A DNA stretch of 64,000 bases from Solirubrobacterales bacterium (GCA_009691195.1 SHVA01000008.1:1785-65784); one strand, 5' to 3'. Positions 42,207-50,648 are shown, counted from the stretch's first letter. Program-made: numbers and translations. The notes: generated by a model from the sequence alone, not told the origin.

Positions 42207-43297
42207 CCGGCCGGCGCCGGATCCGGCGCCAGCGGCTCGATCGCTGCGAGCCGCCGCGCGAGATCCTCGAGGTCCTGCGCTCGCTCCTCGAGCAGCCGCT
42301 CGGCCGCCTCGTCGAGTCCCCGCAGAGCGGCCGAGCTCGCATCATCGAGCCCGAACCCCGGCGGCAGCGCGATCTGGAAACGGTAGTAGCGAGGGCCCCT
42401 CCCCATCTGCCCGGCGTCGGGCAGTGGTGCGCCGGGCTCGTGGTTGAGCAGAATCTCCGACCAATGGTCCGCGGCATCTGACTGGCCGTCGAGGAACGCC
42501 GCCACCAGCGGCGGCTCCCCGTCGCGCGGCAGGATCCAGCCGAGCTGTCCCCAGCGCCTGACCCGCCGCTGCTCGTATGGCGTCTGGTGCTGGCCGGTTC
42601 CGAGCGAGACGACCAGCAGGTCGTCTGTCGTCAGCGCGGAGCGGCCCTCGCCCACGCGCTTGAGCGCCTCCACGACCGCGGCCACCGTCGGGTTGGCCGA
42701 GAAGACCCCGCCGTCGACCAGCGCGCGGGAGCCGACGCCGTGCGAGGGAAAGTAGGTCGGCGCCGCTGCCGTCGCCAGCGCTGCGTCGATCATCGGTACG
42801 TCGCGGTCGGGCGAGTCGCGGGCGCGCCAGCGCTTGAAGAAGTGCGGCCCCGGCTCGGCCATGTCGTAGGAGGTGACGACCACCTCGCGGAGAGCCTCGG
42901 AGAGGCGGGCGTCGCCGATCCGGTCCCTCAGCACCCGCTCGAGCTCGTCTGCCGAGTAGCGGGGCCCAAGCCAGCCGAAGCCGGTCAGGAGCCGCCGCAG
43001 GAGGCCGACGTGGAAGATGGCCGGCCCGTCGTCGACGTAGAAGCTGGCGAGGTCCTCGCCGCTGAGCCGGGGCCGGCTCGAGCCGCTGGATCGGGGGGCC
43101 GCCAGCCCAAGGGCCAAGAGCCCGCCGGTCGAGGTGCCCGCCAGCAGCTGGAAGCAGTCCGCGATCCGCCTCTCCTGCCCGGCCTCGGCGCTGACCAGCT
43201 GCTCGAGCCGGGCGATCACCCGCGCGGCGATCAGGCCGCGAATGCCGCCTCCGTCAACGGAGAGGATGCGAAAGGGTGCGCCTGCGCCGGGGCTCAA
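42203..43297 (-). CDS. patatin-like phospholipase
   Basis: FRILSVDGGGIRG, AGTSTGG and VDGGVFSANP motifs. TTG 43297 overlaps the stop of the upstream NTF2-like gene (TTGA) and follows AGGAG. Confidence 0.8.
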   Translation of the reverse strand: MSPGAGAPFRILSVDGGGIRGLIAARVIARLEQLVSAEAGQERRIADCFQLLAGTSTGGLLALGLAAPRSSGSSRPRLSGEDLASFYVDDGPAIFHVGLLRRLLTGFGWLGPRYSADELERVLRDRIGDARLSEALREVVVTSYDMAEPGPHFFKRWRARDSPDRDVPMIDAALATAAAPTYFPSHGVGSRALVDGGVFSANPTVAAVVEALKRVGEGRSALTTDDLLVVSLGTGQHQTPYEQRRVRRWGQLGWILPRDGEPPLVAAFLDGQSDAADHWSEILLNHEPGAPLPDAGQMGRGPRYYRFQIALPPGFGLDDASSAALRGLDEAAERLLEERAQDLEDLARRLAAIEPLAPDPAPAG

Positions 43298-43758
43298 CGC
43301 TCCTGGCGGAACCGGGCCAGGTCGCCGAGGGCGCGCTTTCGCACCGAGTGGCGGAGCGGAGGGGCCCAACCGAGCAGCAGGCCCGTGGGGCCGAGCGCCT
43401 GACGGGCCCAGGCGTAGAAGGAGAAGGAATCGACGTGCTCGACGATCCTGCCGTCGGTGAACCGGAACTCGGCCTTGACGTCGTTGACCACCGCCCGGCC
43501 CGTCGAGAAGGTGTAGCGCGCGATCCAGCGCGCCGTGCCGGCGTCGCCATTGGCCGAGTGCTCCATCAGCGAGACCTTGAGGTCCTCGGCGCGGCCGGTG
43601 AGCATCCGCCACATGTCGCCGGGCTCGTCACCGCTGAGCTCGCCGAAGACGGGATCGTGGAACCTCGCGCCGGGCCCGTAGGAAGCTGCCATCGCCTCGC
43701 CGTCATGGCGATCGAACGCCTCATAGAAGTTGCGGATCAGCTCCGCGTTGTCTGCCAC
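43294..43758 (-). CDS. SnoaL-like / NTF2-fold protein
   Basis: VADNAELIRNFYEAFDRHDGEAMAASYGPGARFHDPVFG...FRFTDGRIVEHVD. GTG 43758 was chosen because the longer ORF would run into the tRNA. Confidence 0.7.
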   Translation of the reverse strand: MADNAELIRNFYEAFDRHDGEAMAASYGPGARFHDPVFGELSGDEPGDMWRMLTGRAEDLKVSLMEHSANGDAGTARWIARYTFSTGRAVVNDVKAEFRFTDGRIVEHVDSFSFYAWARQALGPTGLLLGWAPPLRHSVRKRALGDLARFRQER

Positions 43759-43818
43759 CGGTGGGGACGCTATCCCAACGGGCCTCTTCGGCCAGTCCCG
43801 CTCTATCCTTCCCCGCCT

Positions 43819-43892
43819 CGGGGCGTGGCGCAGCCTGGTAGCGCGCACCGTTCGGGTCGGTGAGGTCCTCGGTTCAAATCCGAGCGCCCCGA
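43819..43892 (+). tRNA. tRNA-Pro (anticodon CGG)
   Basis: Manual cloverleaf. Acceptor CGGGGCG/CGCCCCG, D-arm GCGC-AGCCTGGTA-GCGC, anticodon arm CACCG-TTCGGGT-CGGTG, T-arm CTCGG-TTCAAAT-CCGAG, discriminator A. CCA is not encoded. Confidence 0.9.
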
Positions 43893-43911
43893 TATAGGCG
43901 GACTTGATGAT

Positions 43912-44526
43912 CTAGGGGAGCGCGGCGCGCACGGCCTCTGTGGCCGCGGCGCCCGCGGCGTCCAGCGACTGGGTGTCGCGGGTTGCTCGGCTGAGAACGA
44001 AGGCACCCTCCAGCCCGGCGAGCATGGAGAGCGCGAGCTCCCGCGAGCGGGCCTCGGGGATGCCGGCGGCCGTGAAGCGGCTCGTCGCGGCCGAGGTCCA
44101 GCTCTCGAACACCTCGGCGGTGGCCTTTCTCAGCGTCTCGTTGCTGCTCGCCACCTCGAGCGCCACGGTCTCGATCGGGCAGGCGTCCTCGTAGCCGGTC
44201 TGCCTGAGGGTCTCGGCCGCGCCGGCGAAGAAGTGGCTGACGCCGGTTGGGACATCGGGGGCTGCGTCCATGATCGCCTCGAACAGCGCGCCGTACATGG
44301 CTCCGGAGGAGAGGATCACCTCGGTGCCGAGCTCCTCCTTGCCGCCGGGAAAGTGGTGGTAGAGGGAGCCGAAGGGGGCGTTCGCCTCGGCGACGATCTG
44401 CTTCATCCCGGTGCCCGTGTAGCCGTAGCGCCGGAAGAGCCCGGCGGTGGTCTCCATGATGCGTTCCTTGGTGCCCGGCAACTCGCCCCTCCTCCTTCGC
44501 TGCGCCGATGATATGTTCTCGGTCAC
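43912..44526 (-). CDS. TetR/AcrR family transcriptional regulator
   Basis: ERIMETTAGLFRRYGYTGTGMKQIVAEANAPFGSLYHHFPGGKEEL. Confidence 0.88.
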   Translation of the reverse strand: MTENISSAQRRRRGELPGTKERIMETTAGLFRRYGYTGTGMKQIVAEANAPFGSLYHHFPGGKEELGTEVILSSGAMYGALFEAIMDAAPDVPTGVSHFFAGAAETLRQTGYEDACPIETVALEVASSNETLRKATAEVFESWTSAATSRFTAAGIPEARSRELALSMLAGLEGAFVLSRATRDTQSLDAAGAAATEAVRAALP

Positions 44527-44543
44527 TAGAGCGATCTATCTAG
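44526..44543. promoter_or_regulatory. imperfect palindrome CTAGA-N8-TCTAG in a 30-nt divergent spacer (putative TetR operator)
   Basis: CTAGAGCGATCTATCTAG matches its own reverse complement at 14 of 18 positions. It sits between the TetR start (44526) and the membrane protein start (44557). Confidence 0.4.
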
Positions 44544-44556
44544 TCTAGGAGGCAGC

Positions 44557-45054
44557 ATGAGCGGAGGCAACGTCAGCGCAGGAGCCAGGGCCGACTGGCG
44601 GTCGGCCGTGTCCGGCTGGATGGGCGACGACGAGCGGCGCCTCTCGATCCTGAAGGCGATCGTCGCCTTCAGCGTGGTCTCGACCACCCTGCACTACACC
44701 CACAACTTCGTCGCGATCGACCGCTATCCCGCCGACCTCGTCCCGGGGCCGGTCACCCAGGTCGCGATCATCGTCTCCTGGCCGCTGTTCACCGCGATCG
44801 GGCTCTACGGCTACAGGCTCTACTCCGAGCGCCGCTACTCCACGGCCCACGTCTGCCTCTTGGTCTACTCGATGCTCGGGATCACCACCGTGGGCCACTT
44901 CCTGGATGGATCGCCTGACATCGCCGCCTTTTGGTACGGGACGATCTTCACCGACTTCCTGGCGGGCACGGCGTTGGTCGTGTTCACGGCGGCGTCGGCG
45001 CTGGTGGTCCGCCCCAAGGACGGGGGACTGGACGCCGGCGACCGCGTCGGTTAG
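44557..45054 (+). CDS. hypothetical integral membrane protein (4 predicted TM helices)
   Basis: 165 aa with AGGAGG RBS and hydrophobic segments (ILKAIVAFSVVSTTL, VAIIVSWPLFTAIGLYGY, VCLLVYSMLGITTVG, FLAGTALVVFTAASALVV). Confidence 0.6.
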   Translation: MSGGNVSAGARADWRSAVSGWMGDDERRLSILKAIVAFSVVSTTLHYTHNFVAIDRYPADLVPGPVTQVAIIVSWPLFTAIGLYGYRLYSERRYSTAHVCLLVYSMLGITTVGHFLDGSPDIAAFWYGTIFTDFLAGTALVVFTAASALVVRPKDGGLDAGDRVG

Positions 45055-45088
45055 CCTTCCCCACGCTTAGGGGAACGAGCACTGACGG

Positions 45089-45108
45089 GGCGCCGGGGGG
45101 CGCCTTTG
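45089..45108 (+). terminator. weak terminator-like hairpin GGCGCC-GGGG-GGCGCC-TTTG
   Basis: It lies 35 nt after the membrane-protein stop and directly before the metalloprotease ATG. The T-tract is short. Confidence 0.3.
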
Positions 45109-45110
45109 CC

Positions 45111-46148
45111 ATGACCCAGAGGACCCTTCGCATATCGATCGCCGTGCTCGCCGTCGCGATCTTCGCCATCGGCGCACTCGGGGCGAGCGCCGGCGCCAAG
45201 AAGCCCAAGAAGCACCCGAAGGACGCCGACCATGACGCCCTCCCCTACAAGTGGGAGACGGGCAACACCCCGACGGGGCTCAACCTGAAGAAGTGGAAGG
45301 CGAGCCCCGGCCACCGGGACATCTTCGTCCAGCTCGACTTCCAGAAGGCCTCGCTCCGCCAGGCGCTGCCCTGTGGCGAGCTCGACGCCCTCTACAACGC
45401 CTTCGCCTCGGCGCCGCTCACGAACCCCGACGGGAAGAAGGGCATACGGCTCCACCTCGACGCCGGAAAGACCTGCCCCAGCCGCAAGTACGATCTCGGC
45501 GGTTCGAAGCTCTTCAACGTGCCCGACTGCGCCAGCCAGGGCCAGGTCTTCCTGGCGGACCAGCTCGCCGCCAAGCGAGTGGGTGCCTTCCACATCTCCG
45601 GCATCTACGACGGCTGCAGCGGCGGCGAGGGAGGCGCGGCCACCTTCCTGGGCGTGCAGAGCGTCGTCTCGACGGACTCTGGAAGCATCGACCACGTGCT
45701 CATGCACGAGCTTGGGCACAACCTCGGCCTCGATCACATGTCGACGCCGCAGCCGAACCGGCTCAGCGTGATGACGACCCGTTTGTTCACCTCGACCACC
45801 GGCTCCGGCCCAACGCCCGTGCTGGACTACCAGCGCTTCGACATCCCGGCCCTCGACGAGTCCCAGCTCTCCGAGCCGGCGGGCCTGGGTACCGCCGCGG
45901 CGCACAAGTTCTTCGTGCGGTGGTCGTGCCCGCCTGCCTCGCTCGCGCAGGACAACAGCTGGCCCGGCGACGCAAACGTCGACTGGAACTGCAACTCGCC
46001 GAGCCCGTTCCCGATGGACCTCACGATCGACCCAGACCCCGTCCAGGCCGACATCAATCGCGATGGGGACATGACCGACGTCTTCCCCGCCACCCACAAC
46101 GAGTGGCCGACGCTGCAGCTTCGCTCCGGCGGCCAGATCGGCCCCTGA
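45111..46148 (+). CDS. secreted metzincin-type zinc metalloprotease
   Basis: ATG 45111 lies inside ORF 44931-46148. Signal peptide, HELGHNLGLDH zinc motif, downstream SVM Met-turn candidate, and a C-terminal DINRDGDMTD calcium-loop-like motif. Confidence 0.75.
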   Translation: MTQRTLRISIAVLAVAIFAIGALGASAGAKKPKKHPKDADHDALPYKWETGNTPTGLNLKKWKASPGHRDIFVQLDFQKASLRQALPCGELDALYNAFASAPLTNPDGKKGIRLHLDAGKTCPSRKYDLGGSKLFNVPDCASQGQVFLADQLAAKRVGAFHISGIYDGCSGGEGGAATFLGVQSVVSTDSGSIDHVLMHELGHNLGLDHMSTPQPNRLSVMTTRLFTSTTGSGPTPVLDYQRFDIPALDESQLSEPAGLGTAAAHKFFVRWSCPPASLAQDNSWPGDANVDWNCNSPSPFPMDLTIDPDPVQADINRDGDMTDVFPATHNEWPTLQLRSGGQIGP

Positions 46149-46157
46149 GCCGCCGGG

Positions 46158-46862
46158 CTAGCTGACCGCGTCGATCGCCGCCACGATCTCCTCCTGGGAT
46201 GGCGACTCGATCAGCTCCCTGCTTCGAAGCGGCCCGGTGACCACGACGGCGGGTTCGCCGGGAAAGCGCCGCTCCGTCGCGAGGTCCCCGTCGGCCTCGA
46301 CGGTCTTGGCGACCGAGGGATCGTCGAAGTCCTCCTTCCACTTCTCGAAGTCGAGCTCGAGCACCCCGTTGGCGACGCCCGCGAGGTAGTCCTCGCTGAC
46401 GACGCCGGCCTTGAGCTCGTCGAGGTTGGCCATGAAGATCTCGATGTACTGCCACTGGCGGTCCTGGATCCCGGCCGAGGTCGCGGCGTAGGCCCCGACC
46501 TGGGTGTTGCGGTCACCCAGCGAGAAGTGCCTGAACTGGAGCTTGACGTCGCCATCGCGCACGTACGGCTCGATCAGGGGGTTGATCGTGTCCTGCTGCC
46601 ACTCGGCGCAGCGCTCGCACTGGACGTCATTGAAGACCTCGACGGTGACCTCGCTGTCGGAGTCGCCCAGGAACTGCCCCTCCTGCTGAATCCCGCCCAT
46701 CAGCTTCTGGGTGGACCCGGCTCCGGAGATCTCGATCTGCCGATCCGAGCCGTCGTCGAGGGAGAGGCTGGCGATCACGGCGATCAGGACGAAGACGCCG
46801 AAACCGGCCAGGATCGCTCCCACCAGCCGGGGCCGGCGGTGGAGAGGCTGCTGCTCGCTCAC
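46158..46862 (-). CDS. DsbA-like thioredoxin-fold protein, membrane anchored
   Basis: GTG 46862 overlaps the upstream stop (GTGA). TM helix LVGAILAGFGVFVLIAVIASL. CERC active site within FNDVQCERCAEW. Confidence 0.75.
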   Translation of the reverse strand: MSEQQPLHRRPRLVGAILAGFGVFVLIAVIASLSLDDGSDRQIEISGAGSTQKLMGGIQQEGQFLGDSDSEVTVEVFNDVQCERCAEWQQDTINPLIEPYVRDGDVKLQFRHFSLGDRNTQVGAYAATSAGIQDRQWQYIEIFMANLDELKAGVVSEDYLAGVANGVLELDFEKWKEDFDDPSVAKTVEADGDLATERRFPGEPAVVVTGPLRSRELIESPSQEEIVAAIDAVS

Positions 46863-47107
46863 CCGGCGACGGCCTTGTAGTAGCGGACCGCGAGGCCCGT
46901 CAGCAGCGTGCGGAAGGTCTCCTCGACCGAGCTCCCGGAGGCCTTGGCCCATGCCTCCAGACCCTGGCTCTCGATCGCCTCGCTGCGGGCGACCACCTCG
47001 TCCACCAGCTCGGGATGCTGGTCGCAGAAGAAGGCCCCCATCGAGTAGAGGTCGGTGTCCATCAGCGACTCGAGGAACGAGCCGGCGGCCGGGTCAGGCG
47101 TGCTCAT
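46859..47107 (-). CDS. hypothetical small protein (82 aa)
   Basis: MSTPDPAAGSFLESLMDTDLYSMGAFFCDQHPELVDE... Translationally coupled to the DsbA-like gene. Confidence 0.45.
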   Translation of the reverse strand: MSTPDPAAGSFLESLMDTDLYSMGAFFCDQHPELVDEVVARSEAIESQGLEAWAKASGSSVEETFRTLLTGLAVRYYKAVAG

Positions 47108-47162
47108 CGCGCCTGGAATGCTAGTCGCGGAGCGCCCGCGGCCCCCGGGATACCCTGCCCCG

Positions 47163-47921
47163 GTGGCCAACCGCGACGAGATCGTCGCCTTCTGCGACGA
47201 GCTGCTCGAGGTCGAGGAGTTTTCCGACTACGGGCCCAACGGCCTGCAGGTGCCCGGGGCGGCCGAGGTCACCCGGGTCGCCTCGGCGGTCTCGGCCAAC
47301 CTCGAGACCCTCCAGGGCGCGATCGCCGCGGGGGCCCAGCTCGTCCTCGCCCACCACGGCCTCTTCTGGGAGTTTCACCCGCGGGCGCTGTCGGGCCCCA
47401 TGACCGAGCGCCTACGCACCCTGCTCGACGCCGACGCCTCGCTCGCGGGCTACCACCTGCCCCTCGACGCCCATCCCGAGGCAGGCAACAACGTGCTGCT
47501 CTGCGAGGGCCTCGGCTTCGAGCCGGGCGGCCGCATCGGTGAGGCCGGCGGCAGGCAGGTCGGCTTCGTCGGCCATAGCCCCGACGCGGTGCCGATCGAC
47601 GAGCTGCTGGCGCGCGTCAAGGGGCTCATCGGCCGCGAGCCGCTGCTTCAGGGCGCCGGGCCGAGCGAGGTCAGCTCGATCGGGATCGTCTCGGGGTCCG
47701 CCAGCTCCTCGATCCACGAGGCGGCGGAACTCGGCCTCGACGCCTTCCTCACCGGCGAGCCCGCCGAGCACGCGATGGCCGACGCCCGGGAGGCGGGGCT
47801 CCATTTCATCGCCGCCGGCCACTACGCCACCGAGACGTTGGGCATCCGCCGCCTCGGGGAGCTGGTGGCCGAGCGCTTCGGCGTCGAGCACGGGTTCATC
47901 GACGTGCCGAACCCCGTCTGA
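47163..47921 (+). CDS. Nif3-like dinuclear metal center protein (GTP cyclohydrolase 1 type 2 homolog)
   Basis: GTG 47163. ...SDYGPNGLQV...LVLAHHGLFW...GYHLPLDAHPE...AAGHYATE. Confidence 0.85.
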   Translation: MANRDEIVAFCDELLEVEEFSDYGPNGLQVPGAAEVTRVASAVSANLETLQGAIAAGAQLVLAHHGLFWEFHPRALSGPMTERLRTLLDADASLAGYHLPLDAHPEAGNNVLLCEGLGFEPGGRIGEAGGRQVGFVGHSPDAVPIDELLARVKGLIGREPLLQGAGPSEVSSIGIVSGSASSSIHEAAELGLDAFLTGEPAEHAMADAREAGLHFIAAGHYATETLGIRRLGELVAERFGVEHGFIDVPNPV

Positions 47922-47947
47922 GGGGCCGCTATTTGCGGGCAAATCGG

Positions 47948-47975
47948 TTGACACGTCAGCACGAGGCGATATACA
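47948..47975 (+). promoter_or_regulatory. near-consensus sigma-70-type promoter (TTGACA-N16-TATACA)
   Basis: TTGACA at 47948-47953 and TATACA at 47970-47975, in a locally AT-richer spacer 35 nt upstream of the small ORF's ATG. Confidence 0.5.
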
Positions 47976-48009
47976 TGTTTCGTGTAGCCGTAGACGAGAG
48001 GAGAGATCG

Positions 48010-48192
48010 ATGGCCGTTCACCTGACGCCCGCGGAACTCGCTGACGAGATGGAGTTGGAGCGTCGCGAGTTGATCGCCCAGTGCCAGGCAATGTCGGTAC
48101 CAATCTTCAACGGTCGCATCGACAAGACGCTCTATCTCGCCTCCCTCCGTGCATTCGAGGGCAGCGAGAAGCAGCACATCACCGCCGCCTAG
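48010..48192 (+). CDS. hypothetical small protein (60 aa), weak excisionase/MerR-like HTH resemblance
   Basis: ATG after GAGAGGAGAG. MAVHLTPAELADEMELERRELIAQCQAMSVPIFNGRIDKTLY... Confidence 0.5.
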   Translation: MAVHLTPAELADEMELERRELIAQCQAMSVPIFNGRIDKTLYLASLRAFEGSEKQHITAA

Positions 48193-48203
48193 CCTCGCGC
48201 CGC

Positions 48204-48231
48204 CACAGGCTGGCCGCGCAGCCAGCCTGTG
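48204..48231 (+). other. perfect 11-bp stem-loop (CACAGGCTGGC-CGCGCA-GCCAGCCTGTG) between the small ORF and fadD
   Basis: Seen directly. No U-tract follows it, so this is either a terminator without a tail or a regulatory or processing hairpin. Confidence 0.5.
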
Positions 48232-48245
48232 AATAGACTGCGGGA

Positions 48246-50072
48246 ATGGAGATCGCATCCGCGCCAGCCGACACGGCCCCCGCGGGCGCCCAGACGGGCA
48301 CCCAGAGCAAGACGATGGCCGACCTGCTGCCGCTGGCCGCCAAGCGCCACGCGGACCTGAAGGCGGTCACCTACAAGGACGAGTCGGGAAGCTGGGCCTC
48401 GGTCTCCTACGCCGAGATGGGCGAGATCGTCAAACGCCTCTCGCTCGGCCTGATCGACCTCGGGGTAGGCCTCGGCGACAAGGTCTCGATCCTCGGGAAC
48501 ACCCGCCCGGAGTGGACCTACTTCGACTTTGCCGCGCTCAGCGCGGGCGCAACCGTCGCACCGATCTACCAGACCAACTCTGCCGAGGAGTGCCAGTACG
48601 TGCTCGAGAACTCCGACGCCAAGCTGGTGATCGTCGAGGACGCCGAGCAGCTCGAGAAGGTGCGGGCCGTCCGCCACAAGCTCCCCAAGCTGGAGCAGGT
48701 GATCCTGATGGAGGGGTCGAGCGAGGACGCGATCTCGACGGACCAGCTCGTGGAGCGCGGCTCGGGACGCAGCGACGCCGAGTGGGAGGAGCGCTGGAGC
48801 TCAGTCAGCCCGGACGACATCTGCACCTTGATCTACACCTCGGGCACGACGGGGCCTCCCAAGGGCTGCATCATCTCCCACGGGAACTACCGCGCGATGG
48901 TCTCGATGGCCCTCGAGCAGAGCGTGCTCGAGCAGGGCTCGACCACCTACCTCTTCCTTCCCCTCGCGCACTCCTTCGCGATGTTGATCCAGCTTCTCAG
49001 CGTTGACCTCGGCGGCAACATCGCCTACTGGGAGCGCGACCCGCTCAAGATCGTCCCGAACCTGACCGAGGTGCGGCCCGAGTACTTCCCGTCCGTCCCC
49101 CGGATCTTCGAGAAGATCTACACCACCGCCACCGCCGGCGTCGAGAAGGACGGCGGGCTCAAGAAGGTGGTCTTCAACCGGGCGATCGGGGTGGGGCGCA
49201 AGGCGCGCGAGCGCGAGCGGGCCGGCAAGCCGCTCGGCTTCCTGCTCCGCAAGCAGTACGAGTTCGCCGACAAGCAGGTCCTCTCCAAGATCAGGGGCCT
49301 GTTCGGCGGCAACATCCGCAACTGCGTCACCGGCGCAGCGCCGATCAATCCGGAGATCCTGCGCTTCTTCGACGCTGCCGGCGTCCTCATCCTCGAGGGG
49401 TGGGGCATGACCGAGACGTCCACCGCGGCGTCGATCTCGCGGCCGGACGCGTTCAAGTTCGGGACCATCGGCCGTCCCTTCAGGGGCTGCGAGATCAAGA
49501 TCGCCGACGACGGGGAGATCCTCGTCAAGGGCCCGAACGTGTTCCAGGGCTACTACAAGAACGAGGCGGCGACGAAGGAGGCGATCGTCGACGGCTGGCT
49601 CCACACCGGCGACGTCGGAGAGATCGACTCCGACGGCTACATCAAGATCACCGGCCGCAAGAAGGACATCATCATCACCGCGGGCGGCAAGAACATCACC
49701 CCGGCCAACCTCGAGGCCGAGATCAAGCAGAGCCAATGGGTCTCGCAGTGCGTGGTGATCGGCGATCGGCGACCCTACCTGGTGGCGCTGATCACGCTCG
49801 ACATCGAGGAGTGCGCGAAGCTCGCCGAGGAGAAGGCCTGGCCGGCCGGCTCGGCGGAGCTGGCCAAGAACCCCGGGATGCGCGAGCTGGTCCAGGAGCA
49901 CCTCGACAAGGTCAACGAGAAGTTCGCCCGGGTCGAGCAGGTGAAGAAGTTCGAGCTGCTCCCCGAGGACCTCTCACAGGAGAGCGGCGAGCTGACTCCG
50001 ACCCTGAAGGTCAAGCGCAACATCGTCGCCGACAGGTACGACGCGCAGGTCGAGGGGCTGTACGCGGGCTAG
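48246..50072 (+). CDS. long-chain fatty-acid-CoA ligase (AMP-dependent synthetase)
   Basis: IYTSGTTGPPKGC, EGWGMTE, GWLHTGDVGEIDSDGYIKITGRKKD and GKNITP motifs. The start may instead be ATG 48315. Confidence 0.88.
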   Translation: MEIASAPADTAPAGAQTGTQSKTMADLLPLAAKRHADLKAVTYKDESGSWASVSYAEMGEIVKRLSLGLIDLGVGLGDKVSILGNTRPEWTYFDFAALSAGATVAPIYQTNSAEECQYVLENSDAKLVIVEDAEQLEKVRAVRHKLPKLEQVILMEGSSEDAISTDQLVERGSGRSDAEWEERWSSVSPDDICTLIYTSGTTGPPKGCIISHGNYRAMVSMALEQSVLEQGSTTYLFLPLAHSFAMLIQLLSVDLGGNIAYWERDPLKIVPNLTEVRPEYFPSVPRIFEKIYTTATAGVEKDGGLKKVVFNRAIGVGRKARERERAGKPLGFLLRKQYEFADKQVLSKIRGLFGGNIRNCVTGAAPINPEILRFFDAAGVLILEGWGMTETSTAASISRPDAFKFGTIGRPFRGCEIKIADDGEILVKGPNVFQGYYKNEAATKEAIVDGWLHTGDVGEIDSDGYIKITGRKKDIIITAGGKNITPANLEAEIKQSQWVSQCVVIGDRRPYLVALITLDIEECAKLAEEKAWPAGSAELAKNPGMRELVQEHLDKVNEKFARVEQVKKFELLPEDLSQESGELTPTLKVKRNIVADRYDAQVEGLYAG

Positions 50073-50572
50073 CCGCTCGACGGGCCGGCGATCCGGCTCA
50101 TGCGGGCGGAGCGGGAGAGGCCGCCGGGCGAGTTGGGGTTGCCGTCGAGTGCCGGGTCGGCGCGGTAGACGATCCTCATCGTCACCGCCAGCGGGTACTC
50201 GCGGACCGCGCGGATGTAGAGCGGCGTCACCGAGTCACAGGCCTTGACGTTGGCCTCGACCTTGGAGCCGCGGAAGACGTGCCTGCAGCCGTTGGGCCCC
50301 GCGCTCGCGACCATCTTCAACGGCTTCCCCCCGACCATCAGCTTGGCCAGGACCGTCTCGTTGTGGGGGTAGAAGTCCTCGGCCGAGCGCCATCCCTGCG
50401 ACCAGCCGCTCACGACCAGGGAGGTCTTGCAGTTGACCGGCCGGCAGGGAGCGTTGTCGGGATCCGCGCCGGCGCTCACCGTCCCGGGAAGGGCGAGCCC
50501 CACGGCGAGAGCCGCCACCACGAGCAACGGGGCGCGCAGGGCGCGCCTCGACCTGAAGGAGAGGAGTTCCAT
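50069..50572 (-). CDS. secreted hypothetical protein, 4 Cys
   Basis: Signal peptide MELLSFRSRRALRAPLLVVAALAVGLALPGTVSA. No recognisable domain. Confidence 0.55.
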   Translation of the reverse strand: MELLSFRSRRALRAPLLVVAALAVGLALPGTVSAGADPDNAPCRPVNCKTSLVVSGWSQGWRSAEDFYPHNETVLAKLMVGGKPLKMVASAGPNGCRHVFRGSKVEANVKACDSVTPLYIRAVREYPLAVTMRIVYRADPALDGNPNSPGGLSRSARMSRIAGPSSG

Positions 50573-50648
50573 CGCGACTCACTTCTCTCCCGACCCGCGG
50601 CCCCCTCCGCCGGGGCCGCAAATGCAAGCGATCGTGCGGGCGCCCCGG

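Noticed and set aside
43893-48231. Calling the tRNA-Pro-adjacent block a genomic island or mobile element
   Set aside because: There is no integrase, transposase or recombinase, no repeat of the tRNA 3' end seen by eye, and no obvious compositional shift. It is kept only as a low-interest finding.
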